NCBI GenBank assembly: GCA_963702845.1
Contig: OY969763.1
Coordinates: 5,024,001 to 5,088,000 of the forward strand
Source: an uncultured Verrucomicrobiae bacterium
Lineage (GTDB): Bacteria > Verrucomicrobiota > Verrucomicrobiia > Limisphaerales > Palsa-1400
Reading direction: 5' to 3'
Length of the DNA stretch: 64,000 nt
The notes below the pieces were generated by a model. It saw only the letters and a program-made list of their open reading frames with translations. It was not told the origin of the DNA and made no database searches. How positions within the stretch are numbered: position 1 is the stretch's first letter; each line of letters starts with the position of its first letter. The translations under genes and the position numbers were made by a program. This document shows, piece after piece, positions 29,971-39,703 of this stretch.

Positions 29971-31404
29971 ATGACCACTATTAAATTCGGTACGGCTGGT
30001 TGGCGCGCTCTCATCGCTAAAGAATTCACGTTTGAAAACGTTCGCCTGTGCGCCCAAGGCGTCGCGGGTTATCTCAAGGCGGAACTCGCTAAACCTGACT
30101 CTCCCATCCATGGGCGCAAGCCGGAGGTCATCATCGCGCATGATTGCCGTTTTCTCGGACGCGAGTTTGCGCTCGCGGTGGCGGAGGTTTTTACGGCCAA
30201 CGGATTGAAGCCAGTCCTCGGTGATCGCGATATGCCGACGCCGGTGCTGGCGTTTACGATTCGCAAACGCAAAGCGCTCGGCGGCATCAATATTACTGCC
30301 AGTCACAATCCGCCGGAATATTCCGGGTTTAAGTTTTCCATATACGATGGCGCAGGGGCGCCGCCGGAAGTGACGAAACAAATCGAGGGAACGATCGCAA
30401 AATTGCAGACAGCGAATTGGTCGTTTAAGTCGGTCATCACCGGGACCTTTCAGTGTTCCACCATCAATCCTCAGCCGGATTATTTTAAGCAGATCCATAA
30501 GCTGGTTGATTTCGCCACGATTAAAAAGGCGAAGCTGAAGATCGCTGTCGATGTAATGTATGGGTGCGGCCGCGGGTACCTCGATACGCTTCTTAAAGAG
30601 GCTGGCGCGCAGCTCACCGTGTTTCACGATGTTCCAAATCCCTTGTTCGGCGGGCATCCGCCGGAGCCGAGCGCGGAGCATTTACCGGACGTCATCAAAA
30701 CGGTTCGCAGCGGCAAGGCGCAACTTGGGCTTTCAACTGATGGCGATGCGGATCGCTTTGGGATCGTCGATAAGGACGGCACGTTCATGACCCCGAACCA
30801 GGTTCTGGCGTTGACGTTGTATCATCTGAAAAAAAATCGCGGCTGGACGGGCGCGGCGGTGCGCACCGTTCCGACAAGCGCGCAAGTGGATGCGGTGGCG
30901 CGGTTGCTTGGTGTGACGATGCATGAGGTGCCGGTCGGTTTTAAATACATCGGCGCGTTAATGGAAAGTGAACCGATTATCGTTGGCGGTGAAGAGTCTG
31001 GTGGGCTGAGTGTCAAAGGGCACGTGCCGGAGAAGGACGGAATTCTCGCCTGCTTGCTCATGGCTGAATTGGTCGCGACGGAACGGAAGTCGCTTGGGCA
31101 GATTCTCAAAGAGATCGAAAAGAAAACCGGCCCGTTCTTTACTGATCGCATCAACATCAAGGTTGCCTTGGATAAGAAGGAGCAGTTGTTGGCGAAGCTC
31201 GGCAAAGGGTTGGATAAAGTCGGTTCATTTAAGGTGGAGAAATTCATTACGACTGACGGTTTCAAATTTCTGCTGCCCGATTTTGAATGGGTCGCCTTCC
31301 GCGCTAGCGGCACAGAACCAGTCTTCCGCTGCTATATCGAAGCGAAATCGAAGAAACATTTGGAAACACTGCGCAAAGCGTGCCGTGTTTTGTTGGAGTC
31401 TTGA
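29971..31404 (+). CDS. Phosphoglucomutase/phosphomannomutase family protein
   Basis: KFGTAGWR, ITASHNP, DGDADR, GEESGG, RASGTEP. Confidence 0.95.
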   Translation: MTTIKFGTAGWRALIAKEFTFENVRLCAQGVAGYLKAELAKPDSPIHGRKPEVIIAHDCRFLGREFALAVAEVFTANGLKPVLGDRDMPTPVLAFTIRKRKALGGINITASHNPPEYSGFKFSIYDGAGAPPEVTKQIEGTIAKLQTANWSFKSVITGTFQCSTINPQPDYFKQIHKLVDFATIKKAKLKIAVDVMYGCGRGYLDTLLKEAGAQLTVFHDVPNPLFGGHPPEPSAEHLPDVIKTVRSGKAQLGLSTDGDADRFGIVDKDGTFMTPNQVLALTLYHLKKNRGWTGAAVRTVPTSAQVDAVARLLGVTMHEVPVGFKYIGALMESEPIIVGGEESGGLSVKGHVPEKDGILACLLMAELVATERKSLGQILKEIEKKTGPFFTDRINIKVALDKKEQLLAKLGKGLDKVGSFKVEKFITTDGFKFLLPDFEWVAFRASGTEPVFRCYIEAKSKKHLETLRKACRVLLES

Positions 31405-31445
31405 TTCGGAGTTGGCGACGCCGACACTCCGAAAAAGAAAAGATT

Positions 31446-31520
31446 TGGTAGCGCGTACGGGAATCGCACCCGTCTTTCAGCCTTGAGAGGGCCGTGTCCT
31501 AACTGATAGACGAACGCGCC
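31446..31520 (-). tRNA. tRNA-Glu (anticodon CTC), 75 nt, encoded CCA
   Basis: GGCGCGT acceptor stem, CGGCC-CTCTCAA-GGCTG anticodon arm, ACGGG-TGCGATT-CCCGT T arm, ACCA end. Confidence 0.93.
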
Positions 31521-31534
31521 AACCAGAGAACACT

Positions 31535-31563
31535 AGAGTATTGGGCCGGCTGACTGATGTCAA
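31535..31563 (-). promoter_or_regulatory. Sigma70-like promoter of tRNA-Glu
   Basis: TTGACA-N17-TACTCT. Confidence 0.75.
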
Positions 31564-31577
31564 CCGGGCCAACCTGC

Positions 31578-32045
31578 TCAACGGCCGAACGATACCAGTT
31601 GCCTTTTTGCGCGAACGCGGCCGGTCTTGGCCAACGCCAGCTTTACTTCGGCGTTTCCGCGCAACGCTTTGGAATACGGACACGTTCGATGCGCCTGTTC
31701 CAACAACCTTTCCGCCGTGATGCGGTCGACGCCGGGTAAATCAGCCCGCAATTCCACCCCAAGCTGCTGGCCCCCTTCGTTCGTCTCTTTCAAATTCACG
31801 ACAGTGGTTAGTGTTGAGTCCTTTAGCGAGATGCGAGCGGCTCGGGCTGCTTGTTCCAAAGCAGATCGGAAACACGAACCGTAGGCGGCCGCGAAAAGCT
31901 CTTCTGGATTTGTGCCTTGGTCGTCCGCCTCTCCGCCCATCTCCGGCGGTGGACGAATGGCCATGCGAAACCGTTTATCGGGGGAACTCACACTTCCGTT
32001 CCGGCCGCCTTTGGCAATAATTTTGGCTGTATAACGCGTCTTCAT
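31578..32045 (-). CDS. ohr: Organic hydroperoxide resistance protein (Ohr/OsmC family)
   Basis: GGRNG, PPEMGG, TNPEELFAAAYGSCF, AHRTCPYSKALRGN. Confidence 0.9.
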   Translation of the reverse strand: MKTRYTAKIIAKGGRNGSVSSPDKRFRMAIRPPPEMGGEADDQGTNPEELFAAAYGSCFRSALEQAARAARISLKDSTLTTVVNLKETNEGGQQLGVELRADLPGVDRITAERLLEQAHRTCPYSKALRGNAEVKLALAKTGRVRAKRQLVSFGR

Positions 32046-32188
32046 AGAACCCGTGGAAGGTAAAACAACTCCTGTTATAATCTCGCGCAGAATAGTAATT
32101 CCGAAATCAGGTGTGAGCCTGAAAATGTGTTGGGGAATTGCTTTTAACGACATTGATACAGGAACAGAGGCGACGCAAAATAGGCGTG

Positions 32189-33922
32189 ATGCTTACTGCC
32201 CAGAAACGTTCGTGGCTTATCTGCCTCGCCTTGATCGGATTGATCGCGGCGGTTTACTGGCCGGTGCAGCATTTCGAATTTCTTCTCTACGACGACACGA
32301 TTTACGTCAGCCTCAATGAGCACGTGCACCGGGGATTGAGTTGGTCGCAGGTTGCGTGGGCGTTCACGACGCGCGAATGCAATATGTGGCATCCGCTGAC
32401 GTGGTTGTCCCATTTACTCGATTGGCAATTATTCGGAAACGACGCTGGCAAACACCACATCGCGCCCGTGCTGTTTCACATCGGCAGCGGTATTGCATTG
32501 TTCTTTGCGTGGAAGCGGATGACGGGCAAGCCGTGGGTGAGCGCGTTCGCGGCGGCAGTGTTCGCATTGCATCCATTGCGGGTGGAATCGGTGGCGTGGG
32601 TCGCCGAACGCAAGGACGTGACAACTGGGTTTTTTTCAATGCTGACGTTGTTGGCGTACGCACATTACGCGACGACGCCCGCGACTGACCGGACTCGACG
32701 GTGGCGGATGTATTGCCTGACGATTGTGGCCTTCATTTGCGGGTTGATGTGCAAGCCGATGCAGGTGACGTGGCCGGCGGCGTTGTTGTTGTTGGATTTT
32801 TGGCCGCTGAAGCGATTTGCGATTTCGGATTTACGATTTACGAGCACGTTCAGGAAAGTGTTGCTGGAAAAAGTCCCATTAATCGTGCTCGCGTTCGCGG
32901 CGGTCCCGGTGACGATCTGGGCGGCGCGGGAAGGTTCAGGTTCGATGACCGGACTGGATAAAGTCCCGTTCGACGCTCGCGTCGCGAATGCCTTTGTCGC
33001 GCATTTGCATTATTTGAAATCGTTTGTGTGGCCAACCGACCTTGCGGCGCAATATCCACATCCGATTCATTGGCCGACGTCTGTCGTGGCGGTGGCGTTG
33101 ATTGTGTTTGTCGCGCTTACAGTGTTTTCGTTGGCGATGTATAAACGGCAGCCGTGGTGGTTGGTGGCTTGGTTCTGGATGTTGGCAACTTCGCTGCCGG
33201 TCATCGGCCTGGTGCAACTGGGCGCGCACGCCTTTGCGGATCGGTATACTTACATTCCGATGGTGGTGATGCCGCTGGCGGTGGCGATGACGGCGAGCGT
33301 TATGGCCAAGTCATTGAAGTTGCCGAATGCGGTGGTGGCTGTTGCCGGAACTGCGGTGGTGATTGCGTTGGCGGTTTCGGCGCGGACCTATCTTGCGACG
33401 TGGCAAAACACGAAGACGCTCTTCGAACGATCGTTGGCTGTGACGGAGCGGAATGCTTTTGCGCACAACAATCTTGCGGCTTACCTCGTGGAACATGGCG
33501 ATCCGGACGGCGGGATTTATCATGCACAGAAGGCGCTGGAAATTGTGCCGACGTATCCAGATCCGCACGACAGTCTCGCGTTTGGGCTGACGCAGAAGGG
33601 CCGTGATGTTGAGGCGATCCCCGAATACCAGAAGGCGCTGAGCTACGAAGGTATGCACGGTCAGGAAAGCTTGTCGCTGTTGCACAATGGTTATGGAACG
33701 TCGCTGGCGCGGACGGGACACGTTGCGGAGGCGAGTGAGGAGTTTCGGAAGTGCGTGGAAATGAATCCCACGTTGCCGGAGGGTCATTGCAACTTCGGCA
33801 TGAGCTTGTCGACGCTGGGACGGAAAGCGGAAGCGGCGGCGCAGTTTCGCGAGGCGCTGCGGCTACGGCCCAACTATGACACGGCGCAGACGATGTTGCA
33901 GAAAATTGGGCCGGCGAACTGA
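32189..33922 (+). CDS. TMTC-like GT-C membrane protein with C-terminal TPRs (copy 1)
   Basis: YDD loop, WHPLTWLSH, FALHPLRVESVAWVAERKD, ADRYTYIP, TPR repeats. Confidence 0.85.
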   Translation: MLTAQKRSWLICLALIGLIAAVYWPVQHFEFLLYDDTIYVSLNEHVHRGLSWSQVAWAFTTRECNMWHPLTWLSHLLDWQLFGNDAGKHHIAPVLFHIGSGIALFFAWKRMTGKPWVSAFAAAVFALHPLRVESVAWVAERKDVTTGFFSMLTLLAYAHYATTPATDRTRRWRMYCLTIVAFICGLMCKPMQVTWPAALLLLDFWPLKRFAISDLRFTSTFRKVLLEKVPLIVLAFAAVPVTIWAAREGSGSMTGLDKVPFDARVANAFVAHLHYLKSFVWPTDLAAQYPHPIHWPTSVVAVALIVFVALTVFSLAMYKRQPWWLVAWFWMLATSLPVIGLVQLGAHAFADRYTYIPMVVMPLAVAMTASVMAKSLKLPNAVVAVAGTAVVIALAVSARTYLATWQNTKTLFERSLAVTERNAFAHNNLAAYLVEHGDPDGGIYHAQKALEIVPTYPDPHDSLAFGLTQKGRDVEAIPEYQKALSYEGMHGQESLSLLHNGYGTSLARTGHVAEASEEFRKCVEMNPTLPEGHCNFGMSLSTLGRKAEAAAQFREALRLRPNYDTAQTMLQKIGPAN

Positions 33923-33926
33923 CCTC

Positions 33927-36900
33927 TTAATAATTCGGCGTATTGATCCACGTTGCGGGGGCGTTGGTTCCTTTGCGGAGGATGATGCCGGTTCCGGGAG
34001 TGAAGATTGGGGCGGAACCTACCACGGTGCTGCCAGCACCGACGCGACGCCAGGCACTGTTCCAATAGTAGTAAACCGAAGAGGAGGATTTGTTTTTGGC
34101 GGCGACGGTGTTGTCGAAGACCAATAATTCATCCGTGCGGTTTCCAGGCACTGGGCTGGGCGCAAATGCGCCGCTGCTGATCAGTTGGGAACCGTCGAGG
34201 GTCAGGGTCACCGGGCGCATGAGGCCGATGTAGTTGTCTTGTTTGCTGCTCGCATCGGGCGGGATGTTCAAGGCGATCGTGACGTTCGCGGCGATGGCAT
34301 TGCCGGCGGCGAGCAAGGTCGTGTTGGTGGAAACGTTGTGGCGGACGACAAAGGGCGTGTTCGGTTCGATGGTGTCGTCGCCGTGATCAATTGCGCCCTG
34401 ACCGACTTGTTTCCAAATGCCGGCGTGGAAGAAGTAAATCTTTGCGGCGCTCAAATTGATTCCGGCAGTCGTGATGTCGGACATGAGGATTTCGGTGTTG
34501 CGATTGCCGCTGGTAGGTGAAACGTTCACGCCGGTGCCGCCGGGGAAAACGGCATTCAGACTCCAATAGGGCTCGACGTAGATTAGATCATTGGCGACCA
34601 CTGCGGAGAGGGTGTCGCCGTTGAGATTGAGGGTGAGTGTGTTGGTCTCGTTTGAGGTTATCGGGAAAATCATTCCGTTCAGAGCGCCGGAAGCGAAACG
34701 CGCATAGTAGGTGTTCGATTGTGAACCCGAAGCGTAAACGAATTGATTGGTGGTCCACGGTTGTCCGTTCGCTTGCGCGACAGTCACGACATTGTCAGCA
34801 AAGGAAATGATTGTCGCAGACGAAGCTGCGGCGCGGACGAACGGCATCGAGATGAAGGTGTCGGAATTGCCGAGGAGCGAGAGTGAAATGAAACCAGCGG
34901 CTGGCGTTGATGTGCAGGAGGACGCGAGGCGATAGAATTTTTGCGAATTCGTGACCGATAAGTCGGTGATGGTCATTGTTGAACTACCGGAACTAACGGT
35001 GCTCACGTCGTGCCATTGGCTGTCGGTAAGATCGTCCTTCGACTGGAAGGTGTAATTGTTGGCGGGATCGACATTGAAGCTCAGGCTCGCGTTGATTCCA
35101 GGAGAAACATTGATGCTCTGCAGCGAAATAACGCAGGTGTTGATGGCGAGCGAGGCGTTCGTGCTGGTCACGGTGCCGGCGATGTTCGAGACGATGACGG
35201 AGTATGCGCCGACGTCGTTGGCGGTGATAGAGCTGCGGGTGTAACTCGAATTGTTGGCGCCGGGAATGGTGGCGCCATCTTTAAGCCATTGATAATTCAG
35301 CGGCGCAGTGCCCGCGGCAACGACGTTGAACACCACATCGGCTCCAGTGCCGCCGCTTTGCGATTGCGGTTGGGTGGTGATCGATGGGGCGACGTTGATG
35401 GTCAAGACGGCGTTAGCGCTGGTTGCGGTGCCGAGGAAATTGCTCACGACTACGGAATACGAACCATCGTCGCCGTTTTGCACGTTGGTGCGCGTGTAGG
35501 AGGTGTCGGTCGCGCCAGGAATATTCGAGGCGTTAAAACGCCATTGATAGGTCAGTGGCGCAGTGCCTGAAGCGGTCACGCTGAAGGTAGCGTTGCTGGA
35601 AAGATTGACGGCTTGCGGTTGTGGTTGAGCGGTGATGGTCGGGGAGGTGTTCACCACGAGCACAGCATCGGAACTGGTGGCGGAACCGCTGGCGTTGGTG
35701 ACGACAACCGAATAGCTGCCGGCGTCGGAGCCTTGAGCGTTTGATCTGGTGTAAGACGTTGAGGTCGCACCAGGGATGTTACTGGCGTTGAAACGCCATT
35801 GATAATTCAAAGGCGTTGTTCCGCTGGCGGCGACGTTAAACGTTTGGCTCGCGCCTTGATTGATTGTTCCGCCTTGCGGTTGCGAAGTAATCGACGGCGC
35901 GACGTTGAGGAGCAGGAGCACGTTTCCACCAACAACGGCAATGGACGCGGGTTTGCCGCCGAGCGCGGTGCCGGTGACAGTGAACGCACCGGACGCGGCG
36001 ACGTTGCCAGTGGTTTGTTGGATCAGGGTGTAGGTGCCGTCGGCGAGGGCGCTGCCGTTAACGGTCAGAGCGTTGCCGGTAAGAGTGAGTGTGCCTTGCG
36101 AAATGGTGAGCGCAGGGTGGACGCCGTCGAAATTCAAAGTGATTGGGCGTGAGCCGAGGTTAACGGTTGTTCCGCCTTTGATTGTCGAAGCGGACGTCGC
36201 GCCGCTCGCACTCAGAGTCGTGCTACTGCTGAGCGCAAATGATGAAATCGCTGAAACATCTAACGTCGCTCCTGCCGCAAGAACGATGACCGGCGTGTTG
36301 TTGATCGAGCCAGTGCTCGCGAGCGCCAATGTTCCCGCGTTGATTGTTGTGTTCCCAGTGTAGGTATTGACGCCGCTCAAAATGAGCGTGCCAGTGCCAG
36401 TCTTCGCAATCGCAACAGTGCCGCCGCCATTTTGAATCGTGCCGTCAAATGTGCTGGTCGCATTGTTGTTGCCGATGGTGAGCGTGCCAGCGCCGGTTCC
36501 GCTCGCGACCGTTCCATCACCGCTGAGGCCGTTGATCGTTTGCGCCTTGCCATTGAGATCAAGAAGACCCAGCCATGCGGCGTTGATGATGACGTTGCCG
36601 AAACCGGAGCCGTTCGGAATCACGGCGGCTGCGCCAAGCTTCAGCCATGCTTGCGTTCCCGTTGCGAAATATCCGGGCCCATTGGTGCCGATGATGGTGT
36701 TGCCAGTGTAATTGTTGGCGGCGTTGTTCAGCACGACGGGCGAGCTGTCCAGGTTGATCAGCAGCGGACCGGAGCCGCTCAATTTTGCGCTGAGGGTGAC
36801 GGCGTTTGTTGCAAAATAGCCCGCATCGATGTAACCGCCACTTGCGCCGAGGGTGATGGTGCGACTCGATGTGATGGCGGGTTGCGAATTGTTGTTCTTC

Positions 36901-38798
36901 AAGCAACCACCGTTGAGCGTCAGGCCGGCGGTGGAGGAGCCAAGTCCCGAATCCGCATTGAGACACAAGGTGCCGCCGTTGCTGACGGTGGTGCCGCCAG
37001 TGAAGGTGTTGACTCCGGTGAGGACGAGCGTACCGGCATCAGCGACACGCACTGGGCCTCCGCCGCTAATGATGCCGGACAGTGTTTGTAGGGCGGTGCT
37101 GCTATCAATAAAGGTTCCGCCGTTGACGATTGCGCCTGAATACGAGCCGCTGCCCAGCTTGCCGGTGCCGTCGATCTGCAAGACAGCGGGAGAGGTGATC
37201 GTCGTTGTGCCGGTGTAGGTGTTAGTTCCACTAAGAACAATTGTTCCCGAGTGGTATACGGTGAATCCATGAGCGCCGCTAAGACTTCCGGCGAGGATTG
37301 TTTTATTACCGGCGGTGGTACCGCCACCCAGTGTAACTTGTGCGGCACTCATATTCCAATCACCCGTCAGCGTGAGCCCCGCTGCATTGCCCCAGATGTC
37401 GTTGGTTGTTGCTGACGCGATAATAAAATCATTAGGCACCGTGACGGCAGAGCTTCCCTCCAATTTCAGATCGCCACCATTGCCGTAGTTCCACAAAGTA
37501 ATGGAGCCGGTGCCAAAAGCGTCACCATTGTTAAAATTGACGGTGCCACTGAATGGATTGGAACCAGCGGCTGCGGTGAAAAAGCCTAATACGGTTCCAC
37601 CGGAATACGTATTTGATCCGTGCAAATACGTTGTGCCGTTACCTTCCGGGAACATTTGCCCCGAACCCGCGATGTTAACGTTAATGCGCATGATAGCCGA
37701 AGCACCGTCGCTGGAATTGTGTGCGTCCAAACCTTGAGCACCACTGGCGAGGTTGATGGTGCCTGTGCCGGTAATGGTCACGTCACACGCGTTTGGAGTT
37801 AGCGGACCATCGAAAAATCCGGCGACGGTATGGCTCGAATTCATCGTCACCGTAAAGGCTGGAGTGCCGCTGCCAGTGTGCACGCCGAATACGGCCGCCT
37901 TGCCGTTCACCCAGCCAACTGGTGTCGCCAAACCGGATGGACCATAACTCCACTTGGTGGTTTCCCATGTGCCGGTCATCGAGCTGGTATACGGGTTTGC
38001 GCCGGTGGTGCCTTGAGGATCCCAGTAGAACAGCGGCGAGTTGGTATTTGATCCAACAGTCCATGCCGCGACTGTAGTACCGTTGAACACGTCCTTATCG
38101 ATGTTGCCGGAATAGCCGGTGATTCCGCCGGTGGAATCGTATTGCCAAAAATCCCATGCGCCGGAGCCCCAACGTTCGCAACTGCTGCAAGATGTCCAGG
38201 GGTGCTGGTTTGTGCGCTGTTCCCGCTGTAGTTGGCTATGTCCGCACCCCACTGGCCGACCGAGCTATCGAACCCGCACGCGTTACAAGCGCTGACGTAG
38301 ATGATAGGCGTGAGCGAGAGCGACCCGGCCCCTTGCCCATCTGCGACGATGTCTGTGCACCAGTCGTTGCACCAATCAGAAACGCTGGTTGATCCGACGT
38401 GACCGCTGAAGGCAGAACCTTCGACGTCCAACATGGGCATCAGGGTAAGACCGTCGGATTTTGTCCAAGTCGCGGCGCGGCCCCAAAAATGGCTGGCTTC
38501 TGTGGCGGCGGAATTGAGTTCGGGATGGGCGTAGTGATATGAACCCATGATGATGCCAGCGGCTTTACCGTTTTGCATGTGCGCCGTGTAGGTGCTGTCG
38601 TTGACGCCCTGGCCTTCGGTCGCTTTGGCCCAAGCGAACGTGATGCCGCCGCTTTTTATTGAGGGCCAGTTCATCGAGGAGTCGGGCTGAAAGCTGGAAA
38701 CGTCGATGCCAAGCGGACGAGCTGCGTGAGCAGTGTTGCTGATGGCTAGCAGTACCAATCGCGAACAAGGGAACGGAGGCAGAACGGCACAATTTCAT
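33927..38798 (-). CDS. Secreted GH25 muramidase + autotransporter-associated beta-strand repeats + three Ig-like domains + TIGR02597-like domain; two frameshifts as assembled
   Basis: GIDVSSFQ, AKATEG, GSYHY, MLDVE (GH25) in ORF 37976..38758; WDFWQY..D.DVF, KTGTGTLILSGVNTYTGNT, Ig and C-terminal domains in ORF 33927..38252; signal peptide begins at ATG 38798 in another frame. Confidence 0.8.
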
Positions 38799-38925
38799 AA
38801 GGGCGGTCGAAGGAGTTGTAACGCCCAATGATAGGTCAGAATTATCAAGTAAATACAAGCCGAAAAGGCCGTAGCAGGGCGGCGGTGGAACTCCGACGCT
38901 GCGGACGGAAGACGAAAGAGGATTT

Positions 38926-39024
38926 TGAGTCGGTAAGTCAGTGAGTCGGTGAGTCGGAGCGCATGAAAAAGGTGCAAAAACAGGGGTCAAAACAGCCTGT
39001 GAAAATGCACGAAACGCAAGCGGG
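38926..39024 (-). repeat. Conserved upstream block with four octamers (38926-38957), module copy B
   Basis: Minus strand CCGACTCA CCGACTCA CTGACTTA CCGACTCA; homologous to 243-342. Confidence 0.85.
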
Positions 39025-39070
39025 CCTTGATAATTGTACGTTTTCGATGCGGTTTTAAAAAATATTTTTT

Positions 39071-39120
39071 TTGATGACCGTAGGTGACTTTAGCTGACCG
39101 TAGGTGACAATCAGTGACTT
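39071..39120. repeat. 10-bp-period array (TGAC every 10 bp), copy B
   Basis: ttgatgaccg|taggtgactt|tagctgaccg|taggtgacaa|tcagtgactt next to an A/T tract. Confidence 0.85.
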
Positions 39121-39350
39121 TTTATGGACCGCAGCCACAGACTTCTGATGTCGGGGCTCGCTTCGCTCGATGACTTTTTCCGAATTTTTGGCGCGTAACA
39201 GTTTGGAGTTCAGGAGGTCAGGCCAAGATAAGTGTGCTTCGACGATGGATTTTTGGATGAAAATGGGTGCTTGCGTGATGTTGAACGTGTTGGTTGGCAA
39301 TTCGTTGTGCAAGTGAAGCTTCTTTATTGTAGGGGTGGGTATCCCCCCTC

Positions 39351-39410
39351 CAATTATGCGGAGTTTTACGGTATTTTGCGGAGTCTTGCGGTAAGTTACG
39401 GCAATTTGCG
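39351..39410. repeat. Second 10-bp-period array (TRCGG core), copy B
   Basis: caattatgcg|gagttttacg|gtattttgcg|gagtcttgcg|gtaagttacg|gcaatttgcg. Confidence 0.85.
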
Positions 39411-39480
39411 GAGCCGAAGCCGAACGTCGACCTCGCGTGCAAAAAGGGTCATTCATAATTTCAGATTTCGAATTTCAAAA

Positions 39481-39505
39481 GGAGACCGCCTGAAGGCGGG
39501 ACTCC
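39481..39505. repeat. REP-like hairpin
   Basis: GGAG-a-CCGCCT-ga-AGGCGG-ga-CTCC. Confidence 0.55.
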
Positions 39506-39536
39506 ATACGGGCTGCACAACGGGTGCAACCGGGGG

Positions 39537-39657
39537 CAATTATGGCAGGAAGAAGCTACTCGTCAAAAGCTGTAGGGAAAGGAGGGAAACCAGGGAAAGA
39601 AATGGCAGTTTTTTATAACTAAATTTGTCAACTGAACGTGGTTGGCATGGATTTTGA
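39537..39657. promoter_or_regulatory. Conserved divergent-promoter block (homolog of 13671-13790)
   Basis: Minus: TTGACG-N16-CATAAT with extended TG (39539-39566); three AGGGAA; plus: TTGGCATGGATTTTGA (39642-39657). Confidence 0.7.
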
Positions 39658-39703
39658 CCCAGGGGTCAACACTACGGATGGTAGATTGAATCGCGAGGGG
39701 TTG

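Noticed and set aside
31446..31520. tRNA as the integration site of a genomic island
   Set aside because: No integrase, and I noticed no duplicated tRNA 3' end in the window. The flanking genes are housekeeping.
37976..38758. GH25 lysozyme as a prophage endolysin
   Set aside because: It joins a large secreted protein through a frameshift, and no holin or phage structural genes are nearby.
39071..39410. Repeat arrays as a CRISPR array
   Set aside because: Units are 8-10 bp, contiguous and have no unique spacers. No cas genes are present; the PD-(D/E)xK domain is fused to DinG and far away.
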